A stretch of 62,502 bases of DNA, filler included. It is 3 parts of 3 records of this genome, joined end to end, with 100 filler letters (N's around TTAATTAATTAA, not from the genome) between each part and the next. Parts side by side here need not be neighbours in the genome. Positions count along the whole stretch, not along the records: positions 47,741 to 62,502 come from SRR20825019_406; 2 more parts are not named here. One strand, given 5' to 3'. Below the pieces are notes generated by a model that saw only the letters and a program-made list of their open reading frames with translations, was not told the DNA's origin and did not search any database. The number at the start of each line of letters is the position of its first letter. The first letter of the stretch is position 1. The position numbers were made by a program, and so were the translations under genes. Of this stretch, positions 62,474-62,502 are shown one piece after another.

Positions 62474-62502
62474 CCTTCATCTTGCCTGATAAACTCCGGG
62501 GG
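62474..62502. repeat. Partial Roseobacter-type repeat at the contig end
   Basis: Reverse complement CCCCCGGAGTTTATCAGGCAAGATGAAGG resembles the 3' part of the 53001 element. Confidence 0.45.

Overview
The window is a composite of three unrelated bacterial contigs joined by artificial spacers (N-run + TTAATTAATTAA + N-run at 22382-22481 and 47641-47740), so nothing should be read across the joins. Segment 1 (1-22381) looks like Opitutaceae/Verrucomicrobiota by protein style (inference). It holds tandem TonB-dependent receptors with FecR and an ECF sigma factor, a PHP-like metallohydrolase, an M16 peptidase, and an FNR-box-regulated nirK-cytochrome c / NirV-like / SCO / Crp-Fnr cluster. It also holds the most interesting locus: a 61-aa peptide with a Sec-type signal and a C-terminal IGPC-NAPC-GAPS motif, directly upstream of a compact stand-alone YcaO-like enzyme and a cytoplasmic hybrid kinase. 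This operon is divergent, across two adjacent palindromes, from a large periplasmic-sensor hybrid kinase and a LuxR/NarL regulator. The layout suggests a possible YcaO-modified peptide signalling (quorum-sensing-like RiPP) system; this is an inference. Segment 2 (22482-47640, Gammaproteobacteria, Methylophaga-like) is mostly housekeeping: uvrD, trxA, rhlB, ubiI/ubiH, pepP, zapA, 6S RNA, aroE, hemB, carAB, greA, rlmE and ftsH. Segment 3 (47741-62502, Roseobacteraceae-like) carries ccrM, alkB, mutY, a DsbA-family gene, a CoA transferase, lpxK, a waaA-like gene, a PmbA/TldD gene, a PepSY/cytochrome b/LuxR module, a DUF2125-like gene, an SDR and an enoyl-CoA hydratase. All family calls come from motif recognition, not database searches.
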